NCBI GenBank assembly: GCA_948466185.1
Contig: CAOJZM010000001.1
Span: forward strand, 86,742 to 150,741
Direction: 5' to 3'
Source of the DNA: an uncultured Christensenella sp.
GTDB lineage: Bacteria > Bacillota > Clostridia > Christensenellales > UBA1242
Length of the DNA: 64,000 nt
Part shown: one piece after another, positions 42,701 to 49,041 of the stretch
Position numbering within the stretch: the stretch's first letter is position 1
Layout of the letters: every line of letters begins with the position of its first letter
Notes under the pieces: model-generated
The model's database searches: none
Told to the model about the DNA's origin: nothing
The model's input: the letters and a program-made list of their open reading frames with translations, nothing else
Made by a program: the position numbers and the translations under genes

Positions 42701-43928
42701 TTGGATTTGCTACACTTGCATCTGGCAGATAATAACTAACCCCATCAATTTCAATCTTTTTCCCACCAGTAACCTTAAGTATTTCTTCAGTAATTGGCTT
42801 AAATTCTTCCTGGACCTGATACTCAAAAGCAATGGCAACATTTTTAAGTAAAGAGGTTATTTCGCTGCCCGTTGAGTTTTTGATCGTTGCCCCGATATAA
42901 TCGTTTGAATAGGCATCTGGCTTAACTGAAAGAGTATACTTAGCCATCACATTTATATTTTTAAGTAATTTCCCTACTTGAGAGACTTGGAACTCTCCAA
43001 TACTTGCAACCACAATTTTTATATTTGTTGGATCGTCAATATTAGATACGCTGTCTTGTTCTGAGGAAGAAAGGTAACTCAAAATTGTATTATAAAGTTC
43101 CTCCCCAGTTGCACTTTGAGCAAATTGATTATAAATTTCCTGTTGCACTCTTGATGATTTAAATGTATAACCAACAATGTGATTGGTTTCACTTGCATTC
43201 CCTGCAACAAAATATGCACCATTATTATCATAACGGAAAGTCACTTCGGTTGTGCCCACCGGCTCAAAGTATGCAAGTTTTTCTCGTTTATCAGTTATTG
43301 ATGTGTTTTTATCATCACTGTAAGAATATCGGCTGGCTTCTGGGAAATACTTCGCAACGGCTGAAAAACTTTCCCCTTCTGTTATAGAATTTATTACCTT
43401 TCCTTGCATATCGACGGTTTCAACCGTGATACTGATAACTGGAACGTCAACCGCGATATTTGTTGAGATTGGAAGTTTTTGATTATTTGCAGACTTCGCT
43501 CTCAGATTGGATATACCACCATTGATGGACTCAATGGACTTGCCATCAAAATTCAAAATAGATTTATTAAGTTTTACTTGAAAGTCTTTGTTTATGTACA
43601 CATATTTAGGAACTGTAATTACCCCGTCTGAAATTGTACCGTCCACAAGGCTTTCAGAATAATTACCATTAAAGAGAAGTTCAACTTGCGTTTCTGTCAC
43701 ACTTGGTGTTTCTGTTGTAATTTTAAGAGTAAAATCATCAGTGACTTCGAATTGGCTTGTGTTGGAGTTGTAAAGATTTTCATCTAAAACAAAAGAAATG
43801 TCCTCAGGCAAAATGATGACATTGTTGTTTCCTTTAGCAAGAAAAATAGAACCTACTGTAATACCACCAACAAGTATAACTGAGGATATAACCACTAAAA
43901 TAGTTTTCCAGACCGCCCACTTTTTCAT
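33747..43928 (-). CDS. giant (3393 aa) N-terminally membrane-anchored, probably surface-exposed protein of unknown function
   Basis: Single uninterrupted 10.2-kb ORF. The N-terminus MKKWAVWKTILVVISSVILVGGITVGSIFLAKG is a signal anchor. The rest is N/T/S/Y/I/V-rich, as in beta-rich extracellular proteins. There is no C-terminal LPXTG or choline-binding repeat. It ends 14 nt before the cls start. Confidence 0.85.
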   Translation of the reverse strand: MKKWAVWKTILVVISSVILVGGITVGSIFLAKGNNNVIILPEDISFVLDENLYNSNTSQFEVTDDFTLKITTETPSVTETQVELLFNGNYSESLVDGTISDGVITVPKYVYINKDFQVKLNKSILNFDGKSIESINGGISNLRAKSANNQKLPISTNIAVDVPVISITVETVDMQGKVINSITEGESFSAVAKYFPEASRYSYSDDKNTSITDKREKLAYFEPVGTTEVTFRYDNNGAYFVAGNASETNHIVGYTFKSSRVQQEIYNQFAQSATGEELYNTILSYLSSSEQDSVSNIDDPTNIKIVVASIGEFQVSQVGKLLKNINVMAKYTLSVKPDAYSNDYIGATIKNSTGSEITSLLKNVAIAFEYQVQEEFKPITEEILKVTGGKKIEIDGVSYYLPDASVANPKWELYTTGAYNFRMNVVLLENSTTSENGYEIYSQDNVPINAIVYVDSKVHEELDVTWTDNSDIVMTLDYNGDTVIPATKALEGLGQIPAENIFRSGIYFAYFPNANTTITDVLDEKSYLPQRSGEYTIGNQTYSLYALRGSELSVIGTGNFEIFFASVQTNDAGQFIYDNDGKYILVQATLDSIKVKVTKTLHDGSVQELDVVTTNTTGYIYEGSNETITLTFQINSDSWEVFKEELAANQISLSVLSGEEENITDKFIIAPYELIEANKQIRYTLKANNSLNLTNAIRIGYFRLFDAFSSKEWKKPTTVSLSIYTPRVETITLESDTIDLTQNITILQTLTTDGEFETLISYINKAGQEKTLGAVQDLISLLLVQVTDQYANTTYFSQRWEYRTNNSRVITVNGQTFTFQTADNATATVYAYCGNKSTAPLNFVVTSTGVQGIKRDSSTTLGVTELLPNTTGVSSVAIEKYASANGVVDLAKLVELYTSSEMTSATKLAQGYKFIFSAVYLYSLSDEDILNIFGENGMVTVLGVDAAGVAKLIETKGLSAQKLRELLAQLTEINKITITKHFSTYHEIGLQIVDSNNTGAINIKLNLMLQTNARLEADNEVEIYAGNSQSLSGRILYNNGETEALQQRLKNKFNDYYIVSTGEICRLVSASENHDGAIGKIRDGAFIFDDFWDLEEKSYVLTINLDGVDNPYTLSYTVNFVVKRNVQVLYYNQNTYSLLDPNEAITKHFKVVRITDDSQVVENYQIGLADLENSHLKLNGDMLLPNDENPPFFLYNKQVLNENLIFSIDGNEIATLTINYNLGDTFSYSALANRIYFGDSPESAVVKAKLQTVGDVNYFLVQKATGWKLQASSQDDVYTLQINEYYINANGERIYPRAYNLPAANTISFLNSGEALRGLNDDSCYIILDILSADNKKLGTMLIPLIVSDIGMEFVNYTAKLEENTLLETALSNPDTLIEKGIYEQVRAGSKYVIASQHNFENGSFKDAIGFISPDSAALTTNVSILPTTIGNFDMLVHDKSRDENTKAWSIQLNHLSQAEEYKDAYVALKFAVSNGTYTQNFYYVLKIIADTEVKDAVYAFNSGREELGGMVNEIIGGRDGINLSEKFDSKTLHNGEERFNVVVYDKDGNKTDLGENLNYSYKVLSVTVNNIVLTNEQDYSEFVSINFVEVNSKIHMQITPRKENTMTILIKRVYDGGRDGLAVVGGEIEYKFVVNSTIRYALQYEVASAGFATEKLKVDGNNANIEIKATDASKLEGGTLNLNVKLLSKTNDGDSSTGSVLYNNLQANANIDEDILKVEYNTSNALLKLTRGEYLSENKTVSITFYTDYGFLGQLDVSLPASAEVTYKTNEALAGSSYSFSDFIDSVNVNGNILESYSIEEATVSEEQEGRGLFVFDKANSKLRLYSSISDYELNISITMNFVIGGEARSYKFIMPVLVKANISQTDGDTPVGTEISSAEKVEKTDDEAIIAGNAQSFSVDEIFKTLNAENSLVNHDVKFSWYAISGVEYIEKQEEPSLDHAIMTKDVNKEGARVEVLITVYLYKGDENYQSFYVRFSFKINPNTTIAINYPNPTSEGVQYVTISVGGEKVYLNVLDGKLKNGQYIFDGAPYYSNTLCTELKGSLRGEMTSSDKPRTAYADNSDWTCEYIKDGTIYDWAGTPDKASHGSFFEGDTTFGNQRVILEKVQGADKDLSLSYNATIVEMQNLTISSSDGYHTDEDGRNVLVGKAINDKIMNVQNLRFKIGVIDNYTWPAGTKIYQKSGSNYVEISGYTLDSELVKSVSSVPDNSEYFEYSSGRYLKRTDGEVFKNDGTESYVIFLIECNGVTDTYKVIVKENVLSLAINKANVDENNTEHFYIDRIDNPSIFAPNRIVNLTINNKTQNDNIENIIAGEYRIIFGDGNIQKSLNLKLTTSDIGKTFNFDLGESFLKYKYLGTYAVSEENFDNDGKLKADAVSISDEEYFASKPEIGSRIQLTYMGYIVNYNMTNKGLTFTSVYEPEDDTNTRPTSKYSLIEYVLEQDENNLGVIAEIKGFEYSLNNGQQNLATKFGVTYNYTTDIDIDVKDSGPDTLKVVYANQEISSLIEENKIYHPSTNEALTYEEINDNNIQIRLQMVGIDKEYNAEDETIQAFENKVVKESGNAEDIATPEVNGHRFLGISAVTKSDNSNVILDYRVTGYGANNKGNYVLLYFTYSKEVNSILYSKEFYILYKVLPDYNINYLSTSNIDIDENNIWSNKSAPSSFYTNGDTFADINVAGSASGSNLVTVKHAYSKTPDRDVAASGFTYELELDKQEGDKTYNITENITAKLNDNLTGDNGWKRISDSDKVIYQWLYSATGQVLTFTNVPKIIFANQDYKLRATDSYGYVFDVYFVLNSDGSIPSALEDGTFSLTEGGKFDIAAVYESLKIEKVGKGSQDKTLLDISSISNSNVNGNDYVVLNIANLKAWGFEYPNPEDNDNKGDPFIDPEDSSKRMLNENAGVGYNVNNDFYELYESTDEKYLRKPEFANITVTQIDWRRISENDQASVSVANVKLENQTLATSSNVTYTGAQMRDTGSDGDTNYTITMPKLAGWVYGASSAVELSMVITLKYYGGGNNVEVFNLPVRMNVNRASAFEAKLNNVVCDGEEFTVNDYINAYDINKPTTEDRTIAPTYLDDTLKITLPANSQITYKVEMIKGEKVQLSSGDLISSNENYNYARTNNLSLSTLLGTTLEANASIRVTVSAFGSRKITNTGHTGFIIEYTGSGNGYVEPQFTLFGETYGTTVKDTFTISALKSDDGKFKDKINIPMAEQLYDGPVQVTKYYLAQIQENSISYTYRVPVTYNVTGYYYSFSSNYAGPYSLVEDYDEQDGSYIVKFAQWAAGMTLNRAKNSEAGLVVDENKRLDIGTLTDSDLDKIKSLKFVITDQSSSGAASIDEYGKITTTSAFNIKTHYITIAIYQKVASFDGSFGHENVYDYPLGTVTIMLKEKS

Positions 43929-44217
43929 TACCGCACTCCCTAACTTAATTTTTTAATTAATTTCATTATAAATTTTTTGACGAAAAAAAGCAAATAAATC
44001 AAGTAAATATATTATAAATATTATTAAGCAAAATATAATCTAAAAAAATATTTTTCGCTGATTTTTATCTATAAATTTAGCTTAAAAATTTCGTAAATTA
44101 TATTTTTTAATATTTTTATTATTTTTTTCAGTATTTTTAATGTTTTTTATGACATTTTCAATTATTTATTTAAATTATTTAAATATTAATTATTTTTATT
44201 TTTAACAATATAAAACA

Positions 44218-44246
44218 TTGACAAATCCATATATTTTATTTATACT
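44218..44246 (+). promoter_or_regulatory. sigma-A type promoter for the ABC-F gene
   Basis: TTGACA (44218-44223), a 17-nt spacer and TATACT (44241-44246). An AGGAG RBS lies at 44255-44259. Confidence 0.6.
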
Positions 44247-44265
44247 TTCATTATTAGGAGAAAAC

Positions 44266-45846
44266 ATGATACAAGCAAATAATATTTCACTTGCATTCGG
44301 CGGAAGAGTGCTTTATAAGGATGTGAATCTTAAATTCACAAAAGGCAATTGCTATGGAATAATTGGTGCAAACGGTGCAGGAAAATCAACCTTTTTAAAA
44401 ATATTAACAGGTGAACTTGAAGCCAACACTGGAGAAATTTTTATTACACCCGGTGAACGTATGAGCGTGCTTGCACAAAACCAAAACGCATATGATAACG
44501 AAACCGTACTTGATACCGTTCTTCTTGGACACAAACATTTAATGGATATTCAAAAGGAAAAAGATGCACTATATGCAAAACCCGACTTCTCAGAAGAAGA
44601 TGGGATTCGTGCTGGAGAACTTGAAACCGAATTTGCAGAACTTGGTGGCTGGGAAGCAGAGGCAGAAGCAAAATCTCTCCTTCAAAGCCTAGGAATTGGC
44701 GAAGACCTTTATTACAGCTTAATGGGCGAACTTGATGCAAAAATTAAGGTTAAAGTACTGCTTGCACAGGCTCTTTTTGGAAATCCAGACATACTTGTGC
44801 TTGACGAGCCGACCAACAACCTTGACTTCAAAACAACACGCTGGCTGGAAAACTTTCTTCTGGACTTTGAAAACATTGTAATTATCGTGTCACACAACCG
44901 TCACTTCTTAAACAAAGTCTGCACCCATATTTGTGATGTTGACTATGGTCAAATCAATATGTTTATTGGAAACTATGATTTTTGGTATGAATCAAGTCAA
45001 TTGATTTTAAGACAAATGAAAGATCAAAACAAAAAAGCAGAGCAACGTGCAAAAGAATTAAAAGAGTTTATTGCAAGGTTCTCAGCAAACGCTTCCAAAT
45101 CAAAACAGGCAACAAGCAGAAAACGTGAACTTGAAAAATTAACTATTGAAGACATCAAGCCATCCTCCCGCAAATACCCATATATAAATTTTGAGTTTCT
45201 TCAAGAAATCGGCAAAGAGATATTAAAAGTTGACAAACTATGTAAGGCTGGAATGTTTCAAAATTTAAGTTTCAATATAGAAAAGGGCCAAAAAATCGCT
45301 ATTTTTGCAAAAAACAGCCAAATTACCACCACCTTGTTTAATATTATACTTGGTTTGGAAGAGGCCGACAGTGGACATGTTCATATTGGGAAAACAATTA
45401 AGGCAACCACACTACCTCAAGATAATCGTCAGTATTTTGAAAATGTGGATCTACCTATTGTCGACTGGCTAAGACAATACTCAAAAGACCAAAATGAAAC
45501 TTACATCAGAAGCTGGCTCGGCAGAATGCTGTTCACTGGGGAAGAGAACATGAAACCTGCCAAAGTCCTTTCAGGTGGGGAGCGAGTGAGATGTATGCTT
45601 GCAAAAATGATGCTTGAAGGTGGAAACCTATTGGTGCTTGACGAGCCAACCAACCACCTTGACCTTGAATCAATCACTGCACTCAATAAAGGCATGGCCA
45701 ACTTCAAAGGCTCAATGATTTTTACCACCCATGACCAAGAGATTATTGAAACGGTGGCAAATCGAATAATTGATATTGTTGATGAAAATAAGATTATCGA
45801 TTTCACCGGGACTTATGAAGAATACATCACAAAATATCAAAATTAA
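44266..45846 (+). CDS. ABC-F family ATPase (translation factor / ribosome-associated type) with a degenerate second Walker A
   Basis: Two ABC domains and no TM domain. NBD1 has GANGAGKST, plus Walker B LVLDEPTNNLD. A charged interdomain linker follows (KDQNKKAEQRAKELKEFIARF). NBD2 has LSGGERVR and LLVLDEPTNHLD, but its Walker A reads FAKNSQITTT. The start is set at MIQANNISLAFGG. Confidence 0.85.
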   Translation: MIQANNISLAFGGRVLYKDVNLKFTKGNCYGIIGANGAGKSTFLKILTGELEANTGEIFITPGERMSVLAQNQNAYDNETVLDTVLLGHKHLMDIQKEKDALYAKPDFSEEDGIRAGELETEFAELGGWEAEAEAKSLLQSLGIGEDLYYSLMGELDAKIKVKVLLAQALFGNPDILVLDEPTNNLDFKTTRWLENFLLDFENIVIIVSHNRHFLNKVCTHICDVDYGQINMFIGNYDFWYESSQLILRQMKDQNKKAEQRAKELKEFIARFSANASKSKQATSRKRELEKLTIEDIKPSSRKYPYINFEFLQEIGKEILKVDKLCKAGMFQNLSFNIEKGQKIAIFAKNSQITTTLFNIILGLEEADSGHVHIGKTIKATTLPQDNRQYFENVDLPIVDWLRQYSKDQNETYIRSWLGRMLFTGEENMKPAKVLSGGERVRCMLAKMMLEGGNLLVLDEPTNHLDLESITALNKGMANFKGSMIFTTHDQEIIETVANRIIDIVDENKIIDFTGTYEEYITKYQN

Positions 45847-45866
45847 GTGGCAAAGCCACTTTTTTG
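45847..45866 (+). terminator. rho-independent terminator
   Basis: GTGGC-AAA-GCCAC stem-loop followed by T6. Confidence 0.8.
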
Positions 45867-45885
45867 TTAAAATAAAGCTTTTTGC

Positions 45886-45915
45886 TTGACAATTTATATG
45901 AAAAACAAATATAAT
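45886..45915 (+). promoter_or_regulatory. sigma-A promoter of the glyQS T-box leader
   Basis: TTGACA (45886-45891), an 18-nt spacer and TATAAT (45910-45915). Confidence 0.65.
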
Positions 45916-45921
45916 AAGTTA

Positions 45922-46075
45922 TAATCTGTGATGACGGAATTGGCAACTCCCGAGCAAGACGCAAGGCCAGCGTAACGGCTTTTGAATGAAGGTGCTTTTG
46001 AAAGCATGAATTAGGGTGGAACAGCGGTTTAATAGTCGCCCCTATGTCAAATTATTTGGCATAGGGCTTTTTATT
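45922..46075 (+). promoter_or_regulatory. T-box riboswitch (glycine specifier) controlling glyQS
   Basis: The stem I region has GGC in a specifier-like context (45942-45944). The conserved T-box sequence AATTAGGGTGGAACAGCGG lies at 46009-46027, and its UGGA can pair with the UCCA end of tRNA-Gly. The terminator CCCTATG...CATAGGG plus TTTTT lies at 46038-46075. Confidence 0.88.
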
Positions 46076-46124
46076 ACTCTTCTCTCCCCTGCCAAATAAA
46101 AAGTAAGATAAAAAGGAGAATATT

Positions 46125-47507
46125 ATGGAAGAAAAAATGAAAGTCACTATGGAAAAAATTGTAAATCTCTGCAAAACAAGAGGCCTCATTTTCCCCGGAA
46201 GTGATATCTATGGCGGCATGGGAAACACATGGGACTATGGCCCTGTCGGAGTGGAGCTTAAAAATAACATCAAACGTGCATGGTGGAAAAGGTTTGTTCA
46301 AGAAGAGGTAAATGTTTATGGCGTTGATGCCGCAATACTTATGAATCCACGTGTTTGGGATGCAAGTGGACACACTCAAAACTTCTCAGATCCTAAGATG
46401 GATTGTAAATCTTGCAAACAAAGATTTCGTGCTGACAATCTAATCGAAGAGCACTCAAAAGGCAAAGAGTCTGCTGAAGCCATGACCACAGAACAAATGG
46501 AAGAATATATCAACTTAAACAAAGTGAAATGCCCACACTGTGGCAATTTTAATTGGACCCCAATCCGTCAATTTAAACTTATGTTTGAAACAAGCCGAGG
46601 CACGCTTGAAGGAGAAAAAGATGTCGTTTATCTTCGACCAGAAACAGCACAAGGTGAATATGTAAATTTCTTGAACGTTCAACGTAGTATGCGTGCAAAA
46701 GTTCCTTTTGCAATTGCCCAGATTGGCAAAGCGTTCCGAAATGAAATAACCCCCGGGAATTTCATATTCAGAACCATTGAATTTGAGCAAATGGAGCTTC
46801 AAAATTTTTGCCGAGAGGAAAAATCCTTTGAATTATATGAAGCCTTTAAAGAAAAGGCAAAGAAATTCTTGCTTGACCTGAACTTTAATCCAGAGCACCT
46901 ACGATTTCATGACCATGAAAAGCTTGCCCACTATGCAAAAGCAGCCTGTGATATTCAATTTTACTCACCTCTTGGCTGGGAAGAGTTAAACGGTATTCAT
47001 CATCGTTCCACATGGGATTTATCGCGCCACCAAGAATATAGCGGGAAGAGTATGCTTTACACCGATCCTGTCACTAATGAAAAATTTATTCCAAATGTGA
47101 TTGAATACTCAATCGGAGCAGATAGGCTTACCCTTGCCCTGCTTACCGAAGCCTATGATGAAGAAACACTTGAAAATGGCGAAATCCGTGTTGTTATGCA
47201 CTTCCACCCTGCAATCGCACCTTTCAAGGTCGCTGTTTTACCACTTCAAAAGAACTTGTCTGAAAAAGCAAAACATGTTTACTCCATCTTGTCAAAAGAA
47301 TTTATGTGTGATTATGACGAGGCCGGCTCAATTGGCAAACGTTATCGCCGTGAGGATGAAATTGGTACACCTTTCTGCGTAACTATTGACTTTGACACGC
47401 TTGAGGATGACACAGTAACCATCCGCGACCGAGACAGCATGCAGCAAATCCGCTTGCCAATAAGCGAAATTGTTACTTATATTTCCGAGCGAGTTAAATT
47501 TAATTAA
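46125..47507 (+). CDS. glyQS: glycine--tRNA ligase (homodimeric GlyQS type)
   Basis: KTRGLIFPGSDIYGGMGNTWDYGPVGVELKNNIKRAWW, motif 2 (LRPETAQGEYVNF...FAIAQIGKAFRNEITP) and an anticodon-binding C-terminus. Confidence 0.95.
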   Translation: MEEKMKVTMEKIVNLCKTRGLIFPGSDIYGGMGNTWDYGPVGVELKNNIKRAWWKRFVQEEVNVYGVDAAILMNPRVWDASGHTQNFSDPKMDCKSCKQRFRADNLIEEHSKGKESAEAMTTEQMEEYINLNKVKCPHCGNFNWTPIRQFKLMFETSRGTLEGEKDVVYLRPETAQGEYVNFLNVQRSMRAKVPFAIAQIGKAFRNEITPGNFIFRTIEFEQMELQNFCREEKSFELYEAFKEKAKKFLLDLNFNPEHLRFHDHEKLAHYAKAACDIQFYSPLGWEELNGIHHRSTWDLSRHQEYSGKSMLYTDPVTNEKFIPNVIEYSIGADRLTLALLTEAYDEETLENGEIRVVMHFHPAIAPFKVAVLPLQKNLSEKAKHVYSILSKEFMCDYDEAGSIGKRYRREDEIGTPFCVTIDFDTLEDDTVTIRDRDSMQQIRLPISEIVTYISERVKFN

Positions 47508-47512
47508 AAAAT

Positions 47513-47541
47513 AAAAAAACATGCGGTTGCATGTCTTTTTT
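47513..47541. terminator. bidirectional terminator
   Basis: ACATGC-GGTT-GCATGT stem-loop flanked by an A-run and a T-run. Confidence 0.8.
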
Positions 47542-48256
47542 ATCTATCAGATGTAATTGACAGAGCAATGAACAAAAATCTAAGGAAATATGCTAAAGAT
47601 AAGAGCAGCGAAGCGAGATAGGTAAGTGCTGCGGCAGATAATACTCTGCGTGTTTGCACAAGTTCTCCTTTGTCCATTATATCAAAGCCCTCAAGCATTT
47701 TCATTGCCCGTCTTGAAGCATCAAGTTCCACCGGAAGCGTAACCAAGTTTGCAAGTACTGACATAGCATAGAATCCAACTGCAGTCCAAATAAAAACAAC
47801 ACCTGTAATTCCTCCAATATACATGAGGTCTAAAATTAGTCCAACAATCAAGAGCGGCATAAGAAGTTTTGAAACTAAATTTGTCGTTTTAATGACAAGT
47901 TGACGTATTTTCAAAGGCTTGTATGCTTTTGCATCCTGAATCGCATGACCACATTCGTGTGCAACCACGCCAAGTGCTGCAAGTGACGTGCTTTCCATGT
48001 TTGCTTGAGATATATTCAAAAGCTTACGAGTTGGGTCATAATTGTCTGTGAGTCTCCCTCGTACTCCATTTATGTCCACATCTAAATTTGCAGCACCAAT
48101 GATTTTTTGTGCTAATTCCCGCCCTGTCAAACCTGATTTAGCGTTCACCTTGCTGTACATTGAATAAGTGTTTTTCACCTTAATTTCTGCCACAACTGCG
48201 ACAACCAAAGCTATAATAAGCAGCATTGACGCACAAATATAACCAATATAAGTCAT
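47540..48256 (-). CDS. YugP-type zinc metallopeptidase (membrane)
   Basis: HECGHAIQD (HExxH), an N-terminal TM and C-terminal TM helices. The start is set at MTYIGYI, which has an AGGAGGAA RBS. Confidence 0.75.
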   Translation of the reverse strand: MTYIGYICASMLLIIALVVAVVAEIKVKNTYSMYSKVNAKSGLTGRELAQKIIGAANLDVDINGVRGRLTDNYDPTRKLLNISQANMESTSLAALGVVAHECGHAIQDAKAYKPLKIRQLVIKTTNLVSKLLMPLLIVGLILDLMYIGGITGVVFIWTAVGFYAMSVLANLVTLPVELDASRRAMKMLEGFDIMDKGELVQTRRVLSAAALTYLASLLLSLAYFLRFLFIALSITSDR

Positions 48257-48266
48257 TTCATTCCTC

Positions 48267-48989
48267 CTATCTAAACATTTTTGTCTTTCTTGTAAGCCGA
48301 GTCCAACCAAGAAAAGTACGAAACATATCGCCCCAGTAAGTCAGTTTTGCCGAATTTAAAAATTTTTTACACTCCTTTACTTCTTTTCCATTTAACACCT
48401 CATTTAAATACACAAGTGCGTTTTGCGAAGCATCCTTTTCAATCACAATTGTCCTTGCTTTAAGGATTATTGCCAAAAGGAATATCATAATTCCAGCCGA
48501 CAGCAGTCCGACTCCATAGTAAAACACACTTCCTCCAACGATTAAAAGTATCAAGCCGCATAGGAGTAATGGAAACATAAACTTTCCAATAATTCTGCCA
48601 ATTTTACGAAGTCTGTTCATAACTTTAAGCTTGTTTGAGAAGAAATCTTGTTTTGCATGACCAAGTTCATGTGCGATAATCGCAAACGATGCTAAGCTAT
48701 TTGATTCGATGGTCGTTGACGGAAGAAAAAGTACTCCTTTTGCATAGGCTCCCACGCCAATTTCTTCAGAATCAGAATTATAAATTGTTATCTTGCCGTT
48801 GAAATAACTTTTGTTTATCAATTGAAAAAAGCCCATTGTGGATAGTCCACTGCTTGTTGCCTCTTTATCAAGGTCCAAATATTTATAATAAAAACTTTCG
48901 TAGGAAAAATTGGCAATAGAGAGACTTGCACATAAAAGCACACCTAAAATTACTGCTCCAATAATAATTAGTATTGTTGATATAGACAT
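48267..48989 (-). CDS. YugP-type zinc metallopeptidase (membrane), tandem paralogue
   Basis: HELGHAKQD, with the same TM-peptidase-TM architecture as the downstream gene. Confidence 0.75.
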   Translation of the reverse strand: MSISTILIIIGAVILGVLLCASLSIANFSYESFYYKYLDLDKEATSSGLSTMGFFQLINKSYFNGKITIYNSDSEEIGVGAYAKGVLFLPSTTIESNSLASFAIIAHELGHAKQDFFSNKLKVMNRLRKIGRIIGKFMFPLLLCGLILLIVGGSVFYYGVGLLSAGIMIFLLAIILKARTIVIEKDASQNALVYLNEVLNGKEVKECKKFLNSAKLTYWGDMFRTFLGWTRLTRKTKMFR

Positions 48990-49041
48990 AGATATATTTT
49001 ATACATTTTTAATTGCTTTTACAAGCGAATTAAACCATGTT

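Noticed and set aside
33747-43928. A search inside the giant ORF for DNA-level tandem repeats, CRISPR-like spacing or an internal mobile element.
   Set aside because: Reading through the ORF, I saw no exact or near-exact repeated blocks, no interruption of the frame and no embedded transposase-like or integrase-like translation in any frame.
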